The notes under the pieces: generated by a model
Told to the model about the DNA's origin: nothing
The model's input: the letters and a program-made list of their open reading frames with translations, nothing else
Databases searched by the model: none
In this document: positions 10,434-18,604 of the stretch, one piece after another
How positions within the stretch are numbered: the first letter of the stretch is position 1
Layout of the letters: the number at the start of each line of letters is the position of its first letter
Translations under genes and position numbers: made by a program
Source: Flavobacteriales bacterium
Lineage (GTDB): Bacteria; Bacteroidota; Bacteroidia; Flavobacteriales_C; GCA-002722245
Length of the DNA stretch: 64,000 nucleotides
Direction of reading: 5' to 3'
Assembly: GCA_029251005.1 (NCBI GenBank)
Contig: JAQXEE010000130.1
Coordinates: 3,328-67,327 of the forward strand

Positions 10434-11975
10434 CTATTGCACCCATTTATCTTTTGTAATCATTAAAGCTTCTTGAACAGTAATTCTCGTCCCGTTATTG
10501 TAAGCAGTGACAAATGGTCCTTTAATTTTCTTGTTATTTCTTATATCTTCTCTGTGGTCTCTAGCTGCTACATATTGGTTAAAGTTACCAACTGTGTATT
10601 TATGCCAACCCTGATGCATGTTTAAGTAGATGTTTTCATTAATTTGATGACTTTTAACAAAAAAATCTGTTGTAACTTTTTTTCTTAATGCGCAAATCTG
10701 AACTCTATAGTTAACTTGTCCATTCGCAATAGCAATATTGTTATTAGTTGATGTCGTTATGTTTTGAGTTGGCTCAGAATCAGTAATCATTGGCTCCTCA
10801 ACTACCGGTTCAGCTGCAATAGGATTAGAATTAATTGGCTCCTCATCTACCGGTTTCGCTGCAATAGGATTAGCATTAATCGGTTCATTAACTACCGTTT
10901 CGGGTGCAATAGGATTTGCTTTAATAGGTTCCTCAATTACCGGTTCAGCTGCAATAGGATCAGTCTTAATTGGCTCATTAACTATTGGATTAACCGGAAT
11001 AGGATCTACAGTAATCGTTTCCTCAACTACTGGTTCAACTGCGATAGGATCAACACTAATAGGTTTATCATCTAAAGTTTCAGCTGCAACGGGATCGATT
11101 GTTGTATTTGTAATTCTAATAGTAGTCCCTTCTATTAAGAAATTCTTGGTTTCATCTCCTTCTAGATAAGACATTTTACCATCAATTATTTTGTTTCCGT
11201 CTAAATCATTCGACACATTAATCTTGTATGAAACTGTGAATTTATCTTCTGCAGGTAATGTCATCCAAAGAAATTTGACTTCATTTCCTTTCTGACTAAA
11301 AATAGCACCGTTAGCTTCAACTTCCCCAGCGACAAAACCTTCAGGTAAGCTTTCTATTATTTTACCAACCCCAGAAACATTATTTTTATCAACTTCGATT
11401 TCAACTAAGAAGGTTTCTCCAGGAACAACTTGTTTCAAATTAAATTTTCGTTTACACGTTAACTCTCTTGTTTGTGAAACCGTATTTATCGGTTTTTCTG
11501 CTGGTTCAGAAGAATTTGCTATTGGACTAGGGTCCTCATTACCTCCCGTATTTGGAGCAACTGTTATATTGGGGCTAACTAATGCACTACTTTTTCTATC
11601 ACCATCAATTACGTAAGATATCTTTCCATTGAAGTTAAAATCACCCTGTATAGTAGATTCAGTATTAACTTTAATTTGTACAGTAAACTTTGGATCTGCG
11701 GGAAGTGAAATCCAAATTAATTTTATTTTTTGATCGTAAAAAGTAAAGGTACCCCCTTCCCCGTTTAAAAGTTCAGCTGTGAAACCTTCTGGTAGAGTTA
11801 GTTGTAGTTTTGCGAAATTCGAAATATCACCTTTATCTATTTCCATTTCCATGATGTAAGACATCCCTGCCACAACTGATTCAGGAGATTTAAATGTAAT
11901 ATTTACTTCTGATTGAGTAAATAAACTCGCAATACTTAAGATAAGCACCGACGAGGCCATTAGTAAACTTTTCAT
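10434..11975 (-). CDS. secreted SPOR-domain protein with two N-terminal internal repeats and a Pro/Glu-rich 15-aa tandem repeat linker
   Basis: Signal peptide MKSLLMASSVLILSIASLF; duplicated module ...LPEGF(T/V)A(E/G)...KFTV...; C-terminal QICALRKKV...YTVGNFNQYVAARDH resembles SPOR peptidoglycan-binding domains. Confidence 0.6.
   Translation of the reverse strand: MKSLLMASSVLILSIASLFTQSEVNITFKSPESVVAGMSYIMEMEIDKGDISNFAKLQLTLPEGFTAELLNGEGGTFTFYDQKIKLIWISLPADPKFTVQIKVNTESTIQGDFNFNGKISYVIDGDRKSSALVSPNITVAPNTGGNEDPSPIANSSEPAEKPINTVSQTRELTCKRKFNLKQVVPGETFLVEIEVDKNNVSGVGKIIESLPEGFVAGEVEANGAIFSQKGNEVKFLWMTLPAEDKFTVSYKINVSNDLDGNKIIDGKMSYLEGDETKNFLIEGTTIRITNTTIDPVAAETLDDKPISVDPIAVEPVVEETITVDPIPVNPIVNEPIKTDPIAAEPVIEEPIKANPIAPETVVNEPINANPIAAKPVDEEPINSNPIAAEPVVEEPMITDSEPTQNITTSTNNNIAIANGQVNYRVQICALRKKVTTDFFVKSHQINENIYLNMHQGWHKYTVGNFNQYVAARDHREDIRNNKKIKGPFVTAYNNGTRITVQEALMITKDKWVQ
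10792..11106 (-). repeat. about 7 tandem copies of a 45-nt unit encoding NPIAAEPVVEEPIxx-type repeats inside the SPOR protein
   Basis: Plus-strand units ggctcctcaactaccggttcagctgcaataggattagaattaatt / ggctcctcatctaccggtttcgctgcaataggattagcattaatc / ... read directly. Confidence 0.7.
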
Positions 11976-12268
11976 ATAAGTCGTTTTTGACCATATAGAG
12001 TTTCATAAGATAGCTGACACGCAAATGCATAATCTGCAAAATTCTAATAAAAAGCATATGGATCTATGATCCCTAACAAATTTAACTGAGTAAGCTTGAC
12101 TTTATGAACATTCTTTTTGATTGTTCTTCACATAGTTATGTGAAAAAGTGTTTGTAACTTAATGTTTTAACTTCGCTTATTAAATTAGTTTTTTGGAGAA
12201 ATTTAAGTAGGAACTTATAAAAATATAAGAGGAGCTATCGTTAAATTAACAACAAAAGTTAACGGCAT

Positions 12269-12299
12269 AAAAAAAGGCTGCTATGTAGCAGCCTTTTTG
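12269..12299. terminator. bidirectional rho-independent terminator
   Basis: aaaaaAGGCTGCTAtgTAGCAGCCTttttt perfect hairpin with an A-run and a T-run on either side. Confidence 0.6.
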
Positions 12300-12317
12300 A
12301 TAATATTTTCAAAAATA

Positions 12318-13076
12318 TTAAGCTTTTTCTGCAACAGCTTCAGCTAAATCTGGATCTACTAAAATTCTACCACAGTGCTCACAAACTAATACTTTTTTTC
12401 TTAAGCTAATTTCTAATTGTCTTTGAGGTGGGATTTTATTAAAGCATCCTCCACAAGATTCTCTTTCTACCGAAACAACAGCTAAACCATTTCTTACAGA
12501 GTTTCTTACTCTTTTGTAACCAATGATTAATCTGTCGTCAATTAAAGCTTCAGCTTTGGCCGAATCAGCTTCTAAAGCTTTTTCTTCTTTTTCAGTTTCG
12601 TTAATGATACTTTCAAGCTCATCTTGCTTAAGTTTAAGCTCATCTTGCCTAGCGTTAATTTTAGATTCATTTTCAGATAAAATATCTTTCTTACCGTCAA
12701 GTTTAATTTTAGCTTCTTTAATTCTTTTATTCGCTAATTCTATCTCTAAAGTTTGAAATTCTATTTCTTTGGATAAAGAATCATACTCTCTGTTATTTCT
12801 AACATTATTTTGTTGCGACTTATATTTTTCAATACCAGCTTCAGCATCGATAATCAAGTTTTTCTTTCCTGAAATTGTATTATCTAAATCAGAAATTTCT
12901 TCATTGATTTTGTCAATTCTAGTTTGTAACCCAGTAACGTCGTCTTCAAGGTCTTGAACCTCTAATGGTAATTCCCCTCTAACGATTCTGATTTTATCAA
13001 TTTTTGAATCTATAAGTTGTAACTTATAAAGTGCCTTTAACTTGTCTTCAACTTTTATTTCCTTAGCTTTTGCCAT
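12318..13076 (-). CDS. zinc-ribbon / coiled-coil protein (COG1579-like) commonly paired with Nif3
   Basis: Long coiled-coil then C-terminal CGGCFNKIPPQ...CEHCGRIL zinc ribbon; conserved partner of the adjacent Nif3 gene. Confidence 0.65.
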   Translation of the reverse strand: MAKAKEIKVEDKLKALYKLQLIDSKIDKIRIVRGELPLEVQDLEDDVTGLQTRIDKINEEISDLDNTISGKKNLIIDAEAGIEKYKSQQNNVRNNREYDSLSKEIEFQTLEIELANKRIKEAKIKLDGKKDILSENESKINARQDELKLKQDELESIINETEKEEKALEADSAKAEALIDDRLIIGYKRVRNSVRNGLAVVSVERESCGGCFNKIPPQRQLEISLRKKVLVCEHCGRILVDPDLAEAVAEKA

Positions 13077-13082
13077 GATAAT

Positions 13083-13868
13083 CTATAAATAGTTAATCGG
13101 ATTTGTATTCACTGCCGAAAAATGAGTGGCAAATGTAGTAAATTTATTTTTTAGATAATCATAAATCAATTGCTGAGTGCAAATTTCAGCTTCAAAATGC
13201 CCTATATCAGCAATTACAAGCTTTTCTTCCGCATCAAAAAACTGATGATACTTAAAATCACTCGTTAAAAACACATCCGCATCTGCCCCAATTGCATTTG
13301 ATAAAAGAAAACTTCCACTTCCACCGCAAACGGCTATTTTTTTAACTTTTTTATCTAGTAGTTTGGTGTAACGAACACAGCCAGCCTTGAATTGTTTTTT
13401 AATTAATTTCAAGAAATCTAATTCATTCATTTCTGTTTTTAAATAACCAACCATTCCTGATCCAACTTCATCTTCAAAATTCCGCGGATTCAGAATCGTT
13501 CGGTTTTCTAAATCTAACAAATCACAAATTTTAGAATTCACTCCAGTCATCACAGCATCTAAATTGGTGTGGCAAGCATAAATAGCAATATCGTTTTTGA
13601 TGGCTTTAATAATCGTTCGCTCAATATAATTACTTCCATTAAAACGTTTTAACCCTGAAAATACAATAGGGTGGTGAGCGATAATTAAATTCGCGCCCTT
13701 TTTAATGGCTTCATCAACCACGTCTTCTGTACTGTCCAAAGTAATTAAAACACCTGTGACTTTTAATTGAGGATTTCCTACAATTAAACCAGCATTGTCA
13801 TAACTCTCCTGATAATTTAATGGAGCCCATTGTTCCATAGCATCAGTTATATCTTTAATTAAGGTCAT
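13083..13868 (-). CDS. Nif3-family dinuclear metal centre protein (GTP cyclohydrolase 1 type 2 / YbgI-like)
   Basis: MTLIKDITDAMEQWAPLNYQESYDNAGLIVG... and ...IAHHPIVF... typical of NIF3. Confidence 0.75.
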   Translation of the reverse strand: MTLIKDITDAMEQWAPLNYQESYDNAGLIVGNPQLKVTGVLITLDSTEDVVDEAIKKGANLIIAHHPIVFSGLKRFNGSNYIERTIIKAIKNDIAIYACHTNLDAVMTGVNSKICDLLDLENRTILNPRNFEDEVGSGMVGYLKTEMNELDFLKLIKKQFKAGCVRYTKLLDKKVKKIAVCGGSGSFLLSNAIGADADVFLTSDFKYHQFFDAEEKLVIADIGHFEAEICTQQLIYDYLKNKFTTFATHFSAVNTNPINYL

Positions 13869-13905
13869 GTTGTAAAAATAAAGGAATTCTTGTAGAAGGT
13901 TGAAT

Positions 13906-14310
13906 TTATTCTAATTTAGGTTTTTTTCGCATACTTTTCACTTGTGATCTTTTTTGCTTGCTGTCTTTAGTTCGTTTTACCGATCCCTTTGTAGGTTTAG
14001 TTGCAATTCGTTTTTTAGGGACAATTAACCCTTTGGTGATTATGTCAAAAAATCGAGTAATTATCTTGTTTTTATTTTGAATCTGACTTTTACTGTCATC
14101 GCAAGCAATAATCAAAGTTTCCGAAGAGGTTAATCTGCTCGCTAAAGCTTTTTTTAAAAGCCTTTTTTCTCTTGTATTCAAACCTTCAGAGTTCGTAATG
14201 TTAAATGATAAAACTACCTTCGAAGACACCTTATTCACATGCTGCCCTCCAGCACCCGAACTTCGAATAGCTTTAAAGACAAACTCTTTTAAAATAAAAT
14301 CCTTATTCAT
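13906..14310 (-). CDS. arfB: alternative ribosome-rescue factor ArfB (peptidyl-tRNA hydrolase, GGQ family)
   Basis: SGAGGQHVNKVSSKV GGQ motif with a basic C-terminal tail; 134 aa. Confidence 0.75.
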   Translation of the reverse strand: MNKDFILKEFVFKAIRSSGAGGQHVNKVSSKVVLSFNITNSEGLNTREKRLLKKALASRLTSSETLIIACDDSKSQIQNKNKIITRFFDIITKGLIVPKKRIATKPTKGSVKRTKDSKQKRSQVKSMRKKPKLE

Positions 14311-14320
14311 TAAATAAAAC

Positions 14321-14623
14321 TTATTTCAACTTTTTAAAACGAAAACAATCCTTCAGAAAGTTAAGGTGTCCTAAAATTCCTTTTTTTCGAATAAATGTAC
14401 CTGAAACCTCAATAATATCATCCTTATTAATCGCTTGTAAAAAATCTTTAGGTATTCCACTGCACTCAATTGAGGCGCCAAAAGCTTTGGCTTGTAAAAT
14501 CAATACACCTTCTTTGCTAACACCACTAGTTCTACCTTTTATTTTTATTGTTTTGTGATTGTATTTTTCATTCGCTTTAACTAAGTTCTTGATAATTTGA
14601 TACTCTTTTAGTAAATCGCTCAA
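14321..14623 (-). CDS. hypothetical 100-aa protein (possibly OB-fold)
   Basis: ORF only; no motif I can name with confidence. Confidence 0.35.
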   Translation of the reverse strand: MSDLLKEYQIIKNLVKANEKYNHKTIKIKGRTSGVSKEGVLILQAKAFGASIECSGIPKDFLQAINKDDIIEVSGTFIRKKGILGHLNFLKDCFRFKKLK

Positions 14624-14771
14624 ATCAATAGTAACGTCAGCTTTTTTTAATAGCCTCTACATTTTCGGTAATTTTACTTCCTGAATTAGCAGAATTTGAA
14701 TCAGTCGAACAAGAAGCCGTGACTAATAACGTTAAGAATGGGATAATGTGTTTCATAATTGTTTTTGATAT

Positions 14772-17700
14772 TTATAATACGGAAATAAATTCACCTATAA
14801 TTTTCATGTTTTCGACATTATCTTCTGTTATCACTATGTCTTTAAAGGAGGAGTCAAATGAATTAGGTTTAAGTTTAATTAATCGATGTTCCCAAGTCTC
14901 ATCTGTAATTTCAACCTCGCTAGTGTAAGTTTTAATGGTAAATGCTGAGTTAAAGTCAGGATCTTGAATGTCAAGGTTTTCAACCAATACAATTTTTCCA
15001 TTCCTGGATCCTCCTTGATATTCTTTGAATATACAGATAGCGCCGTTTGGTATCCTTCTGTTCATTGATTCCCCTTTTATTTCGCAAGCAAAATACCCTT
15101 TTTTGTTATATTTTTCGGGAGCATCAACCATGTCAAAGGACTTATCCGTTTGAAGTTCACTAAAAGACCCGGCTGCAGCATGAAAATTATATAGCGGGAT
15201 TTGATTTCTGTTTTCAAGTTGTATTACTTTAGGAGCAATTGGTTCCTTTTTTCTTCTTTCTAACAAGTAGTTATACATATTATCTGAAACGGGACTATTC
15301 ATTTTAAATGAAACACTAACAACAGAAACTAATTTTCCTGAGTCATTTCTCATTGTCCCTTGGGATGGGCTTTTTTCTATTGGTGTAACATCACCCATGT
15401 AATAAAAATCATTTTGATCCTTATTCTTTTTAATGAATAAGGGGAGTCGAATACTTCCGTATTTACCTAAGATTGATTGGACATCCTTACTGTCAATTTT
15501 CCTATTAGACTTTGACATCCATGAAAATGTTGAGTTATTTATGAATTCATCTTCATATTTAGTTGATTCTGAAATGTCGTCTTCTTTGTGATAATTTACA
15601 AAAATTGGGCAGTTTGTTTTACTATCGTTAACCAAGTATCCACCAACATTCTGAGCAACGGGATTAGAAGTGTAGTTTAATATTCTAAAAACATCTTTTC
15701 TAGAATATTTGGAATACAGAATAAAACCATCATTCCATTTACTTTTTGAGTAGTTTGTTTTAAAGTGATTAACTGAATACAAAGTATTATCAATAAGGAA
15801 GGATTTGAATATATCTTCTTTAAGGTTTTCTTTAAATTGAGTTGTAGGCGTTATTTTGTTGTCTTTTATTGTAATCAGATTTGTTTTATGAATTTCATTA
15901 ACAGATAATAATTTTTTGTCCTGTTTTTCACGAATGAATTTGAAGTTTAAATTATCAATTGCCGATTCAATTGTATTTATTGAACTAGAGATATCGAACT
16001 TTTCGAGTATGTCTAGTTGAATTTTTAAAACTGATGTCTCTCCCGTATTGATTAGATGCTCTAGAATAATAGATTCTTCAATTCTTTTTCCATTATTGAT
16101 TTCCTTTGAAAAGTACTCTAATAGTAAAGATGGTGGCTTTGGTATTTTGATTTGATTAGATTCAACTTTATTTACAAAGTTGAAATATGATTTTGAATAT
16201 TCAACAAAAAGAAATGGATCTCTTGTTCTTGTTTCTATAAAATCCATCATCATCGGTGTTTTTCCAAGTCGATTTTTTAAATAGGCATAATCCTCTTTTA
16301 ATTCTTTTAGGAGTTTCATGTTCGCATTATCAATAGATTGAAATATCTTTTCTTTTGATATTCTGTCAAAATTGATAGTTGAAGTCCCTGGAGTTTCTCT
16401 ACTGCCTTCTGATATAAGTTTTCTTAACCTGTCTTTATTATACGAAGAATCGCCATAAAGGGCAATTGGAATCAGGTAGTTATTACTATAATTACCAATG
16501 AAATCAATGACCGTTAAATAAGATTTTTCATCTGTTTTCCGTAGGCCTCGACCTAATTGCTGAATGAAAATAATTGCCGATTCAGTTGGTCTTAATAATA
16601 TTATTTGGTTAACCTTAGGAATGTCAATTCCTTCATTAAAAATGTTAACAGTAAGGATGTAATCTATTTTTTGATTAATACTATCTGATTCTAGTTTTTG
16701 AATAGCTAAACTTCTTTCTTCGTCACTGCTGTTTCCACTTAGAGCTAATGTTTTTAGTCCTGATTTATTCAGCTTTTCAGATAGTTTTTGAGCTTCTTCA
16801 TTTCTGTTACAGAAGATTAATCCACGAGTAATTCCATTATCAGATCCATAAAAATTGGCTTTATTAATAATTTGAAGAACTCTTTCATCTGAGGTTAGGT
16901 AATTAAATTCAGTTAAATCATCTTTTTGAGAATCATTGATTGTTAGGTCTGAAACTCCGTAGTAATGAAAAGGACTAAGCATTTCCTCTTCCATTGCCTG
17001 ATTTAGTCGGATTTCATAAGCTATATTATAATCATACAATTTGAAAATATCGTTTCCATCTGTTCTCTCAGGAGTCGCGGTCATTCCTAAAAGGAACTTA
17101 GGCGTGAAATACTCAATCAGGTTTTGATAGGATTGAGCACCTGCTCTATGAGATTCATCAATTATTATATAATCAAAATGATCCTTTTTAAAGGCTTGTA
17201 AATGTGTGTTCTTAGATATTGTTTGTACAGTTGAAAAAATGAAGTTGTTATCCAACTCCCTTTGATTACCTGAGTATAAACCCATTTTTTTTGATGGACC
17301 AAATATTTTTTTAAAACTTGACATCGCTGTTTTAGCAATGTTAAGTCTGTGAACCACAAAAAGAATTTTTTTTGGAGCAAATTGCTTTACATCAAATGCT
17401 GCTAAATAGGTTTTTCCAGTCCCAGTAGCTGATATTATTAAAGCTTTGTCCTTATTGCCTTTCCTAATGTTTTTTAAGCTATCCAATGCTTCTTTTTGCA
17501 TTGGATTTGGCTCAAGCTTTAACTCGGGTTGAATAGGAACTGTCGATTTAGATGATAGCCTTTGTTTGGAGTAAACCTCCCTGTATGCTAAAATATATTC
17601 ATTAGTAACTTTAGTACTTACCTCAAAGTCTTTATTAAATTCAGAAATGACTTTATTTGTTATGTCACTTGTTTTGAGTGCTGAAACTTGTAGATTCCAT

Positions 17701-18158
17701 TCTTTATTCGAAGCTAATGCGCTTTGTGTAAGATTACTACTTCCGATTATTAAATTGTAATATTTCGAAGTTTTAAAAATATAACCTTTAGAATGTGACG
17801 AATATTTTGTCGCAATCCTTAAATCAATATTCTTAAATTGTAGTAATCGTTCAAGTGCTTCAGGTTGTGTGAAATTTAAATATTGCGAAACTAAAATTTC
17901 GCCTTTAATTCCCTTTTCTTCAAGAGTTTTAAGAGTGTTTATTATTGTGGCTACACCACCAGTTGTAACAAACGCAACCGAAATTTTAAATGATTCGCAG
18001 TTATTAAATTCTGTTAGAATAGAAGTTAAAACTTTCTTTTTAGGAGTTTTGCTATTGACAAGGAGCTTTGGTTGAAAAAGTACTTCAGAATTAATATCTT
18101 TATCAACAAAGCCTGTTAAAATACTTTTGTTAAACTCTTGAAGGAAATCATCAGTCAT
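14772..18158 (-). CDS. 1128-aa multidomain protein: PLD/HKD nuclease-like N-terminus + SF2 ResIII/DEAD-like helicase + large uncharacterised region (consistent with the DUF3427 region usually found in PLD-helicase proteins) + C-terminal LexA/UmuD-like S24 self-cleaving peptidase domain
   Basis: HSKGYIF (HxK PLD motif); helicase motif I SATGTGKT, II IIIDESHR, III MTATPER, VI QQLGRGLR; C-terminus ...IPLYNFHAAAGSF...(34 aa)...IKGESM...NGKIVLV...FTIKTY resembles the LexA cleavage strand VAAGEP, GDSM Ser nucleophile and catalytic Lys. Confidence 0.85.
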   Translation of the reverse strand: MTDDFLQEFNKSILTGFVDKDINSEVLFQPKLLVNSKTPKKKVLTSILTEFNNCESFKISVAFVTTGGVATIINTLKTLEEKGIKGEILVSQYLNFTQPEALERLLQFKNIDLRIATKYSSHSKGYIFKTSKYYNLIIGSSNLTQSALASNKEWNLQVSALKTSDITNKVISEFNKDFEVSTKVTNEYILAYREVYSKQRLSSKSTVPIQPELKLEPNPMQKEALDSLKNIRKGNKDKALIISATGTGKTYLAAFDVKQFAPKKILFVVHRLNIAKTAMSSFKKIFGPSKKMGLYSGNQRELDNNFIFSTVQTISKNTHLQAFKKDHFDYIIIDESHRAGAQSYQNLIEYFTPKFLLGMTATPERTDGNDIFKLYDYNIAYEIRLNQAMEEEMLSPFHYYGVSDLTINDSQKDDLTEFNYLTSDERVLQIINKANFYGSDNGITRGLIFCNRNEEAQKLSEKLNKSGLKTLALSGNSSDEERSLAIQKLESDSINQKIDYILTVNIFNEGIDIPKVNQIILLRPTESAIIFIQQLGRGLRKTDEKSYLTVIDFIGNYSNNYLIPIALYGDSSYNKDRLRKLISEGSRETPGTSTINFDRISKEKIFQSIDNANMKLLKELKEDYAYLKNRLGKTPMMMDFIETRTRDPFLFVEYSKSYFNFVNKVESNQIKIPKPPSLLLEYFSKEINNGKRIEESIILEHLINTGETSVLKIQLDILEKFDISSSINTIESAIDNLNFKFIREKQDKKLLSVNEIHKTNLITIKDNKITPTTQFKENLKEDIFKSFLIDNTLYSVNHFKTNYSKSKWNDGFILYSKYSRKDVFRILNYTSNPVAQNVGGYLVNDSKTNCPIFVNYHKEDDISESTKYEDEFINNSTFSWMSKSNRKIDSKDVQSILGKYGSIRLPLFIKKNKDQNDFYYMGDVTPIEKSPSQGTMRNDSGKLVSVVSVSFKMNSPVSDNMYNYLLERRKKEPIAPKVIQLENRNQIPLYNFHAAAGSFSELQTDKSFDMVDAPEKYNKKGYFACEIKGESMNRRIPNGAICIFKEYQGGSRNGKIVLVENLDIQDPDFNSAFTIKTYTSEVEITDETWEHRLIKLKPNSFDSSFKDIVITEDNVENMKIIGEFISVL

Positions 18159-18546
18159 TACTAATTAGTTTATGTACAATTGGTAAATCTGCTACTGCCC
18201 AATCTAGAGCTGTAAGTTCTTCTTTTGAAAGCCATTTTTGATCAATATGCTCATTCAAAGTAAGTTTTCTACTTTCAACTTTTACGATGAAACTATGCAT
18301 CGTTAATTCAAAGTCAGGGTACTGGTGATTAACAGTTAAGTACAAATCTCCTACTTTAACATTAATATCTAATTCCTCTACTAATTCCCGCTGTAAAGCT
18401 TCTTTTTGAGTTTCTCCTGCTTCAATTTTTCCTCCAGGAAATTCAAATTTCTTAGAAATATATGGTAGTTTACTTTCTGCTCTTTGAACACAAAGTATTT
18501 TGTTCTCGTTTATTAATATAGCCGCAACAACTTCTATTTTTTTCAT
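18151..18546 (-). CDS. MutT-like NUDIX hydrolase (8-oxo-dGTP diphosphatase family), translationally coupled to the downstream PLD-helicase-S24 gene
   Basis: Nudix box GGKIEAGETQKEALQRELVEELDI; start placed at MKKIEVVAAIL; its stop codon overlaps the next gene's ATG (ATGACTGA). Confidence 0.75.
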   Translation of the reverse strand: MKKIEVVAAILINENKILCVQRAESKLPYISKKFEFPGGKIEAGETQKEALQRELVEELDINVKVGDLYLTVNHQYPDFELTMHSFIVKVESRKLTLNEHIDQKWLSKEELTALDWAVADLPIVHKLISND

Positions 18547-18604
18547 GAAGTTTTTTATCAAAGGATGAAGAAAAATCAAAAAGACGAATTAAATATAATA
18601 AAAA

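Noticed and set aside
10764-11075. 103-aa plus-strand ORF rich in Asn/Arg/Ile repeats
   Set aside because: Shadow ORF on the antisense strand of the 45-nt tandem repeat region of the SPOR protein; its periodicity simply mirrors the coding repeat.
10792-11106. Possible CRISPR array
   Set aside because: The repeats are contiguous and in-frame coding units of 45 nt with no spacers, inside a secreted protein gene. No cas genes anywhere in the window.
14772-18158. Classical type III restriction Res subunit or DISARM DrmA/DrmC-like module
   Set aside because: No Mod or other methyltransferase, no DUF1998 partner, and no additional system genes in the flanking 10 kb. The neighbours are core genes (arfB, nif3, selO, lpxK). 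The PLD, helicase and S24 domains are all in a single polypeptide, unlike those multi-gene systems.
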